Source: Flectonema sp. DT1601 (Eukaryota). Taken from it: DNA of 64,000 bases. The translations under genes and the position numbers were made by a program. The DNA is taken from the NCBI GenBank assembly GCA_964019425.1, contig OZ025788.1, forward strand, positions 558,001 through 622,000, given 5' to 3'. The notes under the pieces are model-generated. The model saw only the letters and a program-made list of their open reading frames with translations. It was not told the DNA's origin and searched no databases. Below are positions 35,310 through 50,100 of this stretch, one piece after another; position 1 is the first letter of the stretch; each line of letters opens with the position of its first letter.

Positions 35310-38300
35310 AAGGAATTACAAAAAACAATAAAATAAAATAAAAATTAAAACATTTCATTTTTAAGTAACAATTCGATCGATGATGGACCAACCAGGTTAT
35401 TACTGGCCCCATGAACGACTTATCTGCAGGGATACAAAATCGGTTTTCTTACGTCAGTTGATATAGTCGCCAAGACGATCAACGTGGTCTTTTTTACGAT
35501 CATGTCCATAGAAGCAAAATCCTGAAATGATATTTTTAATGTTTCTTATCTTCCTGAAAAGTCCTCTCTTTCAAAAATTTTAAACAATGCAAATATTAAT
35601 TTCCCCACTCACACACGCAAAACCCACCATTTTTGATACAAAGAAAAGTGACATGGTCAGAAGAGCTTCGAAAAAAAAAAAAAAAAAAAAAAAAAATTCA
35701 GAAAAAAGAAGACGAAAAAAAAAAAAACAATTATAAGAAAAGAACCAGCGCAAAAAAGAGAACGAAAATAATTAGTAAATAGGAGACTTTTCTCCAGGAA
35801 CATGTAGCCATTCGTTATTGGGTATTTTTATCTGCTTCTGTTGATGGTATTCGGCGCCTCACCTACAGGAGGACTGCAATTTACGTGCCTAAAAAATCAT
35901 GTTCGTTTCTATTTTTTTCCCCAAAATTTTCGTTCTCGTTATTTTTCTTTCCTTCTCATTTTTTTTTTTTTTTTTTTTGTGTGTCATCTAGCGTTTTTTT
36001 TTTTTTGAGGCATTACTTTCATTTTATTATTTTTTTTAAAGTAAATAGCCTTTTTTCTTTACATGCTAAGTGAGCGCGTTAATCGTCTCATTAGTAGTAC
36101 CTAGTAGTTTTCCAGACGAACTTTTCGCTGAAGCAATACCTCTTTCTTTATTTTCCTTTTTTCCCCCCACCCTCGGAGAAAAAACACATAAGTATATTGC
36201 CCTTGTATCTTTTGTTTTCTTGTAACCTTTCTATTGTAGTCGTATTGATTGTGTTTTGCAGTAAGGAAAGGTATATTATTACTGATAAATTTTTATGGTT
36301 CGATGGTGTGAAACTCTCTAAAGCTACCCGGCAGCAGAGACTTCTCACCCCGAAAAAAGAAAAAACTACCTGCCTTTGTTATTATCTGTTTTTTTTTTTT
36401 TTTGTTTTTCTTTTGTTTTTCTTTTGTGTTGACATCTAATTCAATGACAAAAAAAAAAAAAAAAAAAAATGAAAGGAAATGATTTTTATGAAAAATTTAC
36501 AAAACAAAAAATATCTGTACCAATTCTTTTTTTTTTTTTTTTGAAACATGTGACTTCAGAATTTTGTGCTGTTTTTTTTTGTTTCTTTTTTTATTAGGAA
36601 GCGATAAATAACTTTATACAGCTTGTGACAGCAGCTTTCAAAAGTTGTTGAAGCAAACTATAGTTAAATAAAAACGGTACCATACTCATAGTGCTTATGA
36701 TAGTTGTTTTTTCAACAGAACGGCGGAAAATAGCTCACCATTTCTCCTCCCCTCACACCCTTGCACTATTTTAACATTGTCAAGCTACTTTCCCTATTTC
36801 CCGTATCAATTTATGTATCTTTTTAGTTTGGTGGTAACAACGGTGTTTTCTATTGTGCATTTAAATACATCTGCAACTGTAAATGGTAATTTGCTTTGCT
36901 TATTTTTCTTTTTTCCGTCAGAAGGTTTCTTTCTTTCTGTGGACTAAAATAAAAACAGATTGTTTTTTTTTAATTTATTTCTTTTTGCTAGAAAACTTCT
37001 AGTGCGCATCGAATACGTGGGAGTCATTGTGATTCCGTACGAATTTTCGATTTTATATGATAGCTATTTTTAAAATTTTTTTTTTTTACCCAATTTTTTT
37101 TAATTCTCCCCTTCCATTTACGTCTCTCCAGTACTAACAAGTAGCGATTATTAGTGATTTAAATAAAGCTGTATGGCGCGCGTGGGTCCCCAGATTGTCA
37201 TAATCTGCAGCACCTCCCCAGTACAATTTTTTTATAAAAAAAAAACTCCCAAAAAACCGACAGATACTTTCATCTATTTCTTTGCTTAGTTAGTTCCCAT
37301 CATTGTCCTGCTTCTTTTTAAAAATTATTATTATTATTATTTTTTTTAATTGTTAGTAACGCTGTTTTATTTATCTAACTGAATGTTAATAACCTGTTGC
37401 ACCGAGTGCTCTGTTCTTTCAATCACACTCACGTCTTCATTTTCGGTAAACGGAAACTAACGTGAACCGGATTGTATGCTAAGCTCAGTTGTGCATGGCC
37501 TATATTTCTTTCTTTTATTTCCACTTATTTTTTTTTTTCTTTAAAACAACATCGTCTTTCCCATTTTTTTTTTAATTATTATTATTTTTTTTTTTTTTTT
37601 TTGGGAAGTCATCGATGAACATATGAGTTGCTAATGCGGTTCAGCTAATACTAAATAGACTTCTGTGTTTTTTTCTTTTTTTTTTTTTTTTTTTTTTCTG
37701 AAATACCTAAAACAGCTTACACTGTTTTTAGAAATATAACGACGGGTGTTTTGTAAGCAAGCTATCGAGATCTTATTTTGATTTTTTTTGTCTTTGCTAA
37801 GGAACTTTGTCAAGGTAATAAGGTTGTCTACTGCGTGCATCCACATCTCTTGTGCCCCATTTTTCTTTCTTTCTTATTCTTGTTCAAAGAAAAAAGGCAA
37901 AAAAAAAGGGCGACGCTGTTAGAGTGTCTTAACAATAAATTCCCCGGATTTGAAATTATTTTCTCTTTGTGATACAATGTTACATTAACTGACTTATATA
38001 GTGAGGGTTGAGCGAAAAAAAAATTTGGCGGCTTCTTTTTTAACCAACAAAAAAAAAGTTTCGTTTTATTTTTTTTCTATTTTTTTCCCAATTTTACTTA
38101 CTAAGCAGTGTTTTTCACTGCTGCTTTTTTTTTCTTCTTCTTTTTAGTTCCTTATTGGGGAAAAAAAAGAATATAAAAAAAAAAAAAAGGGAAACTTGTG
38201 CCCAAAAAGGTTAAAAAAAAAATAATAAAAAAAAAGGGAACAAAAGAAAGCTGACAGTTAAAGTCAGCCCCCCTCAGGCTGCTTCATTAACTTGATTGTA

Positions 38301-41194
38301 CGCAATCAAAAATAAACAGAAACAATTCAATAATCGCATGAAACTTTAATTACAATATATCGCTAATTGCGGATGACTTTGATTTTATCGCTTTATGCGT
38401 GTTCGAATAGCATTCTCAGGTTCTCTCATGAGCACCTTGATTTCGTATACAAAGAAGATTCCCACTTGTATCTGCTGCCTATTTTCAAAAAAAAAAAAAA
38501 AAAAAAGAAATATATCGCTTTCCCTTTACAGAGTAAAATAAAAATTCCTGCATTTTTCTTTTCCATTCGTTCTTTTTTCTTGAGTTTAAAATGGCTTCGA
38601 TTCAAGAGCCATAAAAAAACTGAAATAGTGACCGCGTCTACTGAAGTAGTGACCGCGTCTACACGGGTTGGACGGTTTCGAAAGGCAAACGTATAATTTA
38701 GGAGCTCATAACAAAGAAGAGTATAAGTGATGTGGATAGATTCTATGTTATCCAAGTCTAATAAATAAATACGTTTCAGCCAATAACGCTTTGCTAACGT
38801 TTTCCTGTTTTTTCTTTTTATATTTCTTCACTCGCAAGTGTGAAAAAAATCAAAAGAAATTACTGTAGGGAAGGCAGCTTGGGAAGGCAGTTTACTGAAC
38901 TTTCCGTTTTATTGATTTCTTTCAGTTCTCTATAAAGTATGGCTTGTTTGGAATATCTGTTGGTAAGGCTACAATTTCATGTTCCAAAATAAAAACAATG
39001 AGAACAAAGAAACAGAACCCCCATTCAGTACTAAATACTTCAGATACATTAGTTACTGCTGACGTTCCGCTCTTATATCTCGCCCTGTTTCTGATAAAAA
39101 GAACGATGTCATGTTGCCCGAGTGCATTCCGGCCAACGTATGTTCTGTTCTTTTCTTCTTTGAAGGGAAGTTGAGAGCAGTAGCATTTTCTGCTTGCTTT
39201 TTTTTTTCTCTAATTCTTTTCGTTGTTTTCCGGGTAAACATCCGTTGTAGTGTCCTGTTGGTCGATGTTTGAGATACCTCTTCCGTCGTATCGTAGAATT
39301 CGAGCACATGAATCTACAGGTGAGAGGCGCCAAGCTGATAAAGTCTCCTTGCCTGTTTAGTTAATCGGTGTTCGCTTGCAAACTTAAGTTTGCATTGTCT
39401 ATGTGCCTCTAGGGATCAGGTAGGTTTATGTTGTACCGGTTATAGTATAATATACTATATTGTCTCTTTGTGGGTTGCTGTGCCCTTCTTCCTGACCCTT
39501 TTCCCATGCCCCCCAATTTTCTTTTTGTTTTTTTTGTCCAAAAAAAAAAAAAAACTTAATTTAAGATAAACTTTTTTACATTGCAAATTATTACTTTCCA
39601 TGTAACAAGCTTCCTACTGAGGCCATCACGTTGGTCCCTGCAGCTTGCCTTCCTCTGGGTAGTTTTCAAAACATTTTTCTTAATTTTAAATTAATTCTCA
39701 AAAAATAACCGTGTTGTACTTGTCTGTCTCTCCCCCTCAATAAACATTATATGTGTGTTTCAGGCTGCGATAAAATTAGCCTGAATAGGCGGATATTTTC
39801 TCTTCTCGTTGACTGAGGCACCATGTTGATACGTTCATCCCGCATGTTGTCCGCATGCTGTCGTAGTATTTTTCGTTTGTGATTATCATGTCCCCTAATC
39901 TGTCAACTGGGAGTACCCAAAAACAGTTGCACTTATTGTCGACACGGCATTCGAGTTGTGTGCTCTTTTTTTTTCTTTTTCTAAAATTCTTTTAAGGGAA
40001 TCATTATTTTGAATTGTGTTTCGGAACCTTTTTTTTGTTTTCTCTTTCTTTACGTTGTTACCACCGTTTTTTTTTTTCCCTCAAAAAAGTAATAATAGTC
40101 TTAGGCTTATTTTGTAGACTTGTAAAATCTCACCATATTCGAAATCCTTATTCATCGAAGTGGTGTAGAAGTTTGCGTGCAGGTTGCTTTGTTTTGAGGG
40201 GGGGGAGTGAAAAAACAAAGGAAACAAAAAAAAACAAAACAAAAACAATCATATTTTTTTTTTTGGATTGTTGCTTTTCATTTGTTGTGTTGGCTTTATC
40301 TCGTTTTATTAAAAATTCATAATAAGTTATATACACCATGGTGCCTACTGGTTAATTAAAAAAAAAAAAAAAAAAAAGAAGGAAGTAAGAATACAAAAGA
40401 CGGTAAATAAAAACACTCAACTGAAGGATAACCTTCCTGTCATTACTTTGCAAGTATTAGTTTCGTTCAGTTTCATACGAGCAAAAAATTATAATGAACA
40501 AGGGTTAATAATACTCTCTTTTCATTCATTCTTACTCTTTCCAAGAAGCACCGATCCCCACTTTGTTTTCCATTTGACCCTTTCATTTATTCTTAGCACC
40601 TAACATGGGCTCTTGTCACGTCAAAAAAGAACATTCGAACCCCTTTTTGGCCTGTAGTGAAATCCGGTTACGGTCTGCGCGCGACTCTTTTTGGTTCTTT
40701 TTCTGAACACACTAGGTAGCTGAATTCCAATTTTATTCCCATCTTCCACCTCCCCGTAAGTTTCGCGAGTTTCTTGTGCAACAGCTTCAAAGATTGCTGA
40801 CACGTTAAACTTCTCCATCTTGCTACTGGATGTGATTAGTCTTACGCACAAGTGTCGTTTACACAATCCCTTTGTTGTGTATATATTTTTTTAAAAAAAT
40901 ATTCTCTTTTCTTTACAATCCATTTTCTTTCCCTCCCTCTCTTTGTCGACATGGGAGTTGATATCCGGAGTTTGCATTCTTTGGTTCACTTCCTGTCGGA
41001 TTTTTTTTCCATAAAAAAAAGAAAGACACAAAAAAAAAAAAAAACAAAAAAAAAAAAAAAAAATAAGAAAATTCTCTTTCTGAGACAAAAAAAAAAAGCA
41101 ATCTTGAAACACACTAAATAAAACATAAATCCTAATTACGTTAGAACAGATTCATTACAGAAAAAATGCCATAAAAACTTCAACTAAAACGATA

Positions 41195-44100
41195 ATGTTG
41201 TTCGAAGACGCAGATGTTAACTGGATAATATCAAAAGCAAACAAGCTACTCGGTGAGAGGAAAATTACCAACACTGACATCATCAAAGAATGGATTGGTA
41301 GTGCTGAGTATGAAAAATCAACTTTAATACTCATAACAAAAGGTAACAGTGAAATAGAACCTATTCTTAAAATAAAAGAAGACCTCAAAGGAGAACGTGG
41401 TGTCTATTTTATCAGACAGAAGAATCAAAACAACGGACTAAAGCCAACAGACATGACATCAATATCATCAACTGACCTACTGGCATCACAGTTAAAAGAT
41501 CAAGTTAGCTTTGGAGAATTAATTCATGGAAGAAAAGAGACTCTGAGGATGTTATTTAAGCTCTCATCAGTTGCTATTTGTAACGCATCAAGTACTGGTC
41601 AAGAAAGAGAGAAGGCTCACATGCATCAAGCAGCTGCATTAGCTTCTATTGATTCTGCTTCTTACCCTCTGCAACTACCCATTGATAGTGATCCTATCTC
41701 TTTAGAAGCTACAGCATTACAATGGATTGCGACTATGAGAAAATATTTATCACATCGATCACAGTCATTGTTTGATGTTTCTCATTTAGATTTAGAGTTT
41801 GTGTTAATTCAAACAGAAATAACGCATTGGAAATCAGAAGTAACTTCTATTGAACTACTACTGGTACAATATACAACTGATAAAGTACAATCAATTCTAC
41901 AAAACCTCTATTCTACTCACAGACTTATCGTTGAGTCACTCGATTCCTTAGTCAGAAAACTAAAAGAACTTATGGGAGAATACAAGACGTGGATCTCACA
42001 TTTGCATCCAATTGCAGTTATTCAGAGTCAGTTAGTGAGGTTAGGTTTAGATCAGTCTCAGGCTGTTAATGCGAAGAATTTTAGAAAAATTATTATATTT
42101 ATTCATTTTTCAACTCGGGAAATACCAACATACGCTACCAAGTCAAGAATGATTTCACTAATAAAGAGACTTGGCAGTACAATCTCTGACTTAGTCATTG
42201 AAGAGTTGCAACAGTCTTCTGATGAACTATTTTCTCTGAAGCTGCAACAATTAACATTAACTTTATGTGATTATAAGGACGCATTTATGGAAGAGAGAGT
42301 CGTTCAGTTGGATGGAGAAAGTAGTCCTTGGCAATTAATTTGCGCTGCTGCCCCATTTGGGATCCTAGACGTAGTTATAGAACGGCTATCTGATATAACA
42401 GAGATGAGAGATACCAGAGAATCATTTATAAGAAACTGTCCAGATCACGTTCCAGGACTAGATCCTCAACATAGCAGTGCACTTCGTCTACTGAAACTAG
42501 AAATTCAAAACGCAACTTCAGACACACGTAAACTGTTGGATGCGACGACAGAAGTTTTCTCTGATAGCTTCAACGCATACAGAGTAACAACAACAAGAAT
42601 CGGTCAATCTCTTTTCACAATTATTTCTGAGGCACTTGATAGCAATTTGTATTTCCCACAAGCTTTACGAATTATTAAAAAGTTTTCGTTATTTCGTACC
42701 TGCAGCTACTTCAGAGCTTATTGGAGGAAACTGACAGCCAGAGTCCAGGCAATGCACGTTTCTGAATTACAAGCTGTGAGAGATGAATTGAGAAATATGA
42801 CAACAAAAGGCAATCTAACAGCATCGATGGATATCCCTCTGAGGATTGCGTACTACGCAGGTCTTAGTAAGAGAGTAGTAGTATCGATGTCTGATGATGT
42901 TAAAGAGTTAGAGTTGATTGATGACTCACAGACATCTGAATCTATATCACTCAGAAATGGTATTCAATCTATTCTTTCAAAAGAGTTACTCAGATGGTCA
43001 ACCTACGCTGAGGGAATACTAACATCATCAAGTGGAAGGTTACTTAAGGAAGTTAATTCATTCTTTACTGTCGCGCTTAATCCTGAAATTCCATTACTTC
43101 TATCGCAGGCAAAACGACTTCGGACTTTACCAAATGTTGGACAGACGATTTCACTTCCTCCTAAGACACAAGACTTGCTACAAGATTGGGATGACTTGCG
43201 GATTCGTTTTATCAGACTGGAACAGATGATAGCCAGATATAATGAAGTAGTCAGTAATTGTAATACCTTTCACAACAAGTTACTATCCAGTGAATTGAAA
43301 GACGTCAAGGACACACTCGGAGGTTATCGCGGACTTCCTTGGAGTGGTGGCAAAGAAGTCGATTACTTTATGATAAATTGCGAACGTGCGATCAATAGAC
43401 TCTCAAAGGCACTTTCAATATTACAACGTCCGACTAAAAAGATAAAATATGAGTTAGATCAGTTCTCAAAAGACGATAACATATTTCCTTTAAATCCAAA
43501 ACTAGGAAGTCAAACATTAAAAGCATCAACTGAATGGCAACAATTCTACAACAAAATCAGACTTGAACGAAAGCAATGTCTAAAAACTGCTACTCAGAAT
43601 CTCCTGTATAGTACCTTAACAGATTTTAACACCCATCGATCAAATCTAGAATTGGTCGACTCTCTCAACGATGACTGGTTAGCATATTCAGAATATGTAA
43701 AACAAGTAATATTCAACACTATAAAATCAACAATAAAATCTACACTCGAATCATTTAATCGACAACTAGACAGATCATGGCTAAGCAATAATGGAGGGAT
43801 TCCATTGATCTCTTGCAGCTTAGTATTTACTGCAGGAGAGCTGTATGAAATCCAACCCTCAATAAGCACATTGAGGACAATGATTAATCAGGTAGCTCAA
43901 GATGTTCTTTCCTTTGCGGGTGTTGTCACAGTTGCAGAAACTGAAAGTTTGGAGTCAGATGTTGAGATTCAATCGCTGTTGGAAGCGATAAAAAAAAACA
44001 TCGAACTCGGATTTGAAGAAGCTATTGCATGTAAAGAATCACTATCACCTTACTTAGCATCTTGGGGAAATAAGCAACCCGCTAATGTCAAAACTGTTTT

Positions 44101-47100
44101 AAGTAAGATTCCGACATCTTCAGAACTTCATAAGCATAATGTTGAATTAGGAGAGATATTATTTAATTGTGAAGATGCTGGTAATTCATTAAGAAACGTA
44201 CCACCAACAGTAGCAGCTGGTGGTTGGCTACTAGTTGACATCCGTCCTGTGAGAGGAACACTTGCTGCTAATGCTGGGATCATATACAGACAAGTAACTG
44301 AATTTATTCATAAAGGAGTTTCTGATACTTTATCTCTTCTCGAAGTCTTTTCTGAACAGACGCTTCAAATTCTCTCACCTGACATGTGTGGAGAAGCTCT
44401 ATCTGATAACGTTTGTATTATTCTAGAAAGAATCAGAGAAGTTAGAGATTGGGATGGTAACTTATCAAAAAGAATGGAACCACTTCTACCTGCTATTGGT
44501 TTACTCCGGCAGTTTAGAGCTCTTCCATTAGAAACTATTAATTTATTAGAAGGGAGACTACAGACTTTACCAAATCAATGGAGAAATGTAATCAGAAGAG
44601 TTGACACAGTTCGAACTCAAGTTGCTGTAGTTCAAGAACGTGAAATTCAAATTTGGTTGGAGGAACTTGAAGTGTTCACAACAGCGTTATCAACTTTTAT
44701 AATAAAATCAAAAGAAACACTTCCAATCTCGATAACATCGTATCACAGTTTACCATATGACCGATTAAGTTCAGCTTTATTAGACATAACAGCTTTCTTA
44801 ACTGAAGAATCAAACATCCTACAGAGAGGTAAACAACTCGAATCAATCCACGCTCCAAATAGAAAACTTCAACAATATTTAGAAGTCGTAAAGTTACTCA
44901 AAGCTGAATGGGATTATTGTTACTACGTACTAACTGTTTTAGATGAATGGAGAAGTACAGCAATATGTCATTTAGATGAAAAGGCGTTTGGATTACAAAC
45001 AAACATTGAGACACTCAAAAGTGAATTAGTAGCTCTCAGAGAATCTGGAATATCAACACTTTGTAATGATGTGAATAGCATTCTAACAACGTGGTCATTA
45101 TCTCTTCCAACTGTTAAGTTATTAAGAGCAGCACCACTTCGTAATAGACATTGGGGAGAGATACTAATTACTAACTGTGGTGGTGATTACATGATTGGTA
45201 CTATAATTGATGCTTCTCTCACAACAGAAATTGAGTACAATCGAGTTAAGGATATCTGTAACAGCGCAACTGCTGAACAATCAGTCGAAACAAAAGTATT
45301 TGAAATCAGAAACAGATGGACATCACAACGACTACCAATGAAATGGTGTGGTGGATGTGTCAGCAGTTGGATACTAGACGGCAGGAAGATCGACAGACTG
45401 CTTCAGCTTGCGTCAGATGATATTTTATCATTACAGCAATTAGCAACTCTAAAGGCTACTGTTCATCATTTGAAATATGTAAAGATTTGGTTAAAATATT
45501 CTCAATCAATAACTGACGTTCTAAACCTTGCGATTGATAGTCAACAGCGTTGGCTTACCGTCATTTCAGTATTGGGATGTGAATCTTACCTACCAGCCTA
45601 TCAACAGTTGAGGTCTACTTATGTTAATAAAATGGCTCTTCTTCATGGCCTTACTCCCCACCCTGACAATAAGCAAATTGAAACACGTGGGAAGCCAGCT
45701 CATCTTTGGGAGTGGTGTTGTCCACCAGAAGAAACTTCACGATTTTTTACATACACTCTACAGACGTGTCTTTCTGCTCTTGAAGACAAGGTCACATTAG
45801 TTCTTGAGGCCAGTAGGAGAAGTTTCCCGAGATTGAATACGTTGTCAACAAATGACTTGGCTCGATTACTTAAAGAAGGTGATTGCCCGAGTAAGACTCT
45901 GCAGTCATTCTGGCAAGTTGCACCAGGCTGTGCTAAAGTAATAATCGAACCAACAACTAAGATTCCAGTCTCATGCCACACCATCGTGACTTCCGTAGCC
46001 GGAATCGATGGCACGGATAAATTAAACCTCCGCAAACCATTCGAGTGCAAAGGTCCATTAGCTCAATACTTCGCAGGTCTGTTAAATGAAATTCAAAAGG
46101 CGGTGAGTGAAGCAACAGAGGAAGCCTTTAACATTGCTGCACAGCTTCCTAAAACAGAATGGGTATCTGGGAGATGTACTCAAGTTGTGTTAACCACTTC
46201 AAGGCTTTGCTTTACTGCTGAAGTAGAAACTGCTTTTGATCAAATTGAAGATGGAAATGCTTCTGCTCACGTTTCTTTACTAAAATCACACAACCAATCT
46301 ATTTCTGTGTTGTGTGGAAGACTAAAGGGTACAAAGATACTTGCTATTACTGCAGCTTTTTCTGGTCGTTCACAAGCACCACTTCCTGCGAGTGATAAAA
46401 GAAGAATCTCAGCCCTTCTTGTGACTGACCTACACCACAGAGATTTATTATCTAGAATTGTAAGTACTGGCTCAACGAGAGCCACAGACTTAGTGTGGGC
46501 ATCATCATTGCGGTTTAAGTGGGATGAGCAAGGGAAGAAACCAACATGCTACTGTCAGTTTCAACATGCGATTCCAATGGGAAATGAATTCGTTCCACTT
46601 CCTCAACAAATGATGACAATTCAAACACCTCAAACAGACAGATGTATTAGTATGATTATGTTAGCATATCAAACTCATCATTGTGCAGTTCTGTGTGGTG
46701 AAACAGCTTCTGGTAAGACACAAGTAGTAAAAGATCTAACAGCTGTCTTAAATCAACATCTCATAGTAGTGGTTTCGTCAGAGGCAACATCGCTGTCGTA
46801 TATTGTGAGAAATTTCAGTGCAGCGTTTAAGATTGATGCGTGGCTGTTGATTGTTAGATGTGAACAACTATCTCCAATAATGTTGAGCTCTCTTGGTCAT
46901 CAGGTAGTAGAATCACTTCAGGTTAGGAGAGAAGGAGGAACGTTATGTACGGTGTTGGCGACGATGGGAAAACGAGAAGGCGTTCGATTCCCGGAATCTC
47001 TTCGAAGAAGTATGCGACTCGTTAGTTTAGTACTTCCAGACTTACAAGTCATCGCAGAGGTAACTTTAACATCTTTTGGTATGAAGAGCGCTGCATCACT

Positions 47101-50100
47101 CGCAGCTAAGATTGGATCAATATACCACCATGGTAAATCTATACTTCCAAATCACTCATGGAGTCTTCCTTCACTCAGAGCTTTAATGTTAGCTGTTGAT
47201 GCTCGCAGGCACTTAACTAGTGAAGTTGATGCTGTACTTGGTGCTATTTACGCTGTTCATGTTTATACAATGGTTAGACCTGATACGTATGTTGCTATTC
47301 AACTTATATCTGCTGCATTCCCGGGTGAAGCTGGTGAACCATCTCCCAGTACAGCTATTGTGAAAACTACCTTAGCAGAACATAATTACTCTATTGGAGA
47401 AGGTGGTGCATTCGCTGGAGCATGTGCACGTCTTGCGACATCTCTGACATTAAGGAAGGCTAATTGTATTATTGGACCACCAGGTTGTGGGAAGTCAGTT
47501 TGTTGGAAGATTGCTGCGAAGACTCTTCAAATGGACGTCAAGGTTTTATTCCCAAATGCGATGGGAGTTGAAATGCTAGAAGAGACAATGAGATCAATCA
47601 CAAGTAGTCATAATCCTCCGGGGATTCTCGTATTAGACTGCCAGCCTGGTCCGTGGCTTGATGAATTGTCTCACACTATTCATGAGGGGGCTCTTCATGA
47701 TTCTGGTTTACTTCAGGATACAAAAACTATTATTGAGGCATCGACATTGTCTCAAATTACTCCAGGTATGTGATGCGATGTGATGTGATGTGAACTGTTT
47801 TATAGTGATAATCATAAATAATAAAAAAACAACAACAGGAATCTTATCAAGAGTTGGTATCGTTGTTGTTGAGGATCAAGACGTCAGTTGGTTAGGAAGA
47901 AAAGACAGATGGGTATTAGATCTTCCTGCTCACTTTGGAAGTGCAATCGACTTCTTGTGTGACGCTCACTTATCATCAGCTTTTGAGTGGAGACGAAAAA
48001 GTATTTCAAACAACAACGAAATGATGACTCAACAGACTTTACAGCGTACTGTTGAAAGTCTTATTTTATGTACCAAACCTGATGCCACAGCTGCAGAGAT
48101 CGAATTGTTATTTGCGGCATCCTGTTTGTGGTCACTCGGTAGTAGTATTTCAGTTCAGAGTGAGTTATTACAATTCCTAGTTTGGTTTAAAAGAGACTTT
48201 GCATTGTCTTCGTGTCTACCTGACTGCGATTCGTCTCCGTTCGAATCATTTTCTCAAATTATCTCTTCACACTTCAGTTCGAATGCCAGCACTGCATTTG
48301 ATCCATTTTCTCAATCTGATTTACTCTATCGTGATCTGCTTCACATACCAGAGCAACAGTCTTTATTGTCATATGCATCACTACTTCAGTTAAATAGACA
48401 TTGTAGTATTCTTATATCTTCTTCATCATCTATTCAGGACTGGCACACTACCGGTTCTGGTAAGACTTCTGTCTTGCAAAGTCTTTCTCTATCTCGTACT
48501 GGTGTCAGGTTTATATCAGGTATGTATCCTTTGTTTTACAGCTGGTAATCAGGAAGTGAGATTGTATTAAATAAAACTACAACAGGATGTGCGAAGACCA
48601 CTCCTTCTGATTGGAAAGAAGTAAAAGACTCAAAAGATAAAGATGATGACATCAGCAGCAGTACTATTATTTTTATTGATGATCTTCATGTGACAGAACC
48701 AAATGTGTTGGAGTCTATTAGAGAAGAGCTTAACTCATCGACGGGTGGCAGGCAGTTTATATGCACCGCAGCTACTTCAGTTATAAGCCCAAGACTGTTA
48801 CGTCATATGTCTCACTTGTATCTTGAAGCTAACGAATCACTATGGAATGGCTTAGCTGTTGATTTGTCAGTTTACTTTCATACACCGTTCGTGGCAACTT
48901 TTAAACACGATGTTAGGCAGGCTGCTTCATTAGCACCTCAATGTTTAGTAGAGTACTTAGTTTGTGTACAAGATTTGTTTAAAGTTGTAATAAAGACTTC
49001 GATTAGTAATTTAATTATTAAAATTATCGGACGTATAAAACTTGCGTCAAGTCCTTCTGCTTTAGTCTCAAGTTTTGATTTTGTTTCTTTGTTTCGATAT
49101 GAAGTGAGGAGGGTGGTAATTGATTCAATGCTGAGGAATGTTGACGCTGCTCATGAGCTACTCGATCAGTTTATTGTTTCGACTTTTGAATTTCTACCCG
49201 ATGAGCATGAAAACCCTGATAATATATCTGATGATCGTAATGAAATTAATTGGGTTGCTGCTGTTGGTGGCAAATGGATGCCAAAACAACCAAAATGGAT
49301 ATACCAATCATCTGAGGAATTAGTTTCTCTCGTTGAAACAGCAACTTCTAACTTTGAAACGAGTGACTCACCAGAATTGAAATATTGCATAGTGAAGTTC
49401 TCAGCTATTCACATCGTCAGAATGGCTTCCATTCTCGATTATTGTAAGTCATCAACAGTTGTTATTGGTGAACGTTGTATTGGAAAATGTCGTCTGATTC
49501 AACTTGCTGCTCGGATGTTAGAACTCGACCCAATCGTTTATGATTCTCGTGTTAGTTTTTCTGATTTAGAATCTTACAATAAACCTTGTTTTATAATAAA
49601 GGGAAACAGAGTTCTGAGAGACGGAAAACTACTTTCAGTATTAAATGCTTACTATGGAAGTCGTCACCTAACTAAAACAGAATCAAATAAAAAGAGTTCG
49701 AATCTTCAACATTCTCGAACGATTACTCCGGTGTCACCGATAGTGGGGATGGGGATGGGGATGAGTTTTATGAACTTTACTTCAGTTATAACTCCTCCGA
49801 CATTTGGTATTACCGACAAATCAATTGATATTAAAGTTGTGTTGTGTTGTTCTTTTAATGACACTCCGGTATCACAATGGGCAAGAACGTTTCCATCACT
49901 CTTTCAAGAATGTCAACAATATGTCATTCCTAATATATCACAAGATACTCGTTTTGATATCGGAAAATCAATTCTTGGATCTCGACCTGATCTGTTCTCT
50001 GAAGAAGACGTTATTAATTCACTCGTTTCATTTTGTGTTTCAGTTCATATGTCAGCCAAGTCAATCCATCCAAACTGTTTCACTCAATCAACATACCTGG

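Noticed and set aside
38620..38662. CRISPR-like direct repeat
   Set aside because: Two adjacent copies with no spacer, eukaryotic context, no cas genes.
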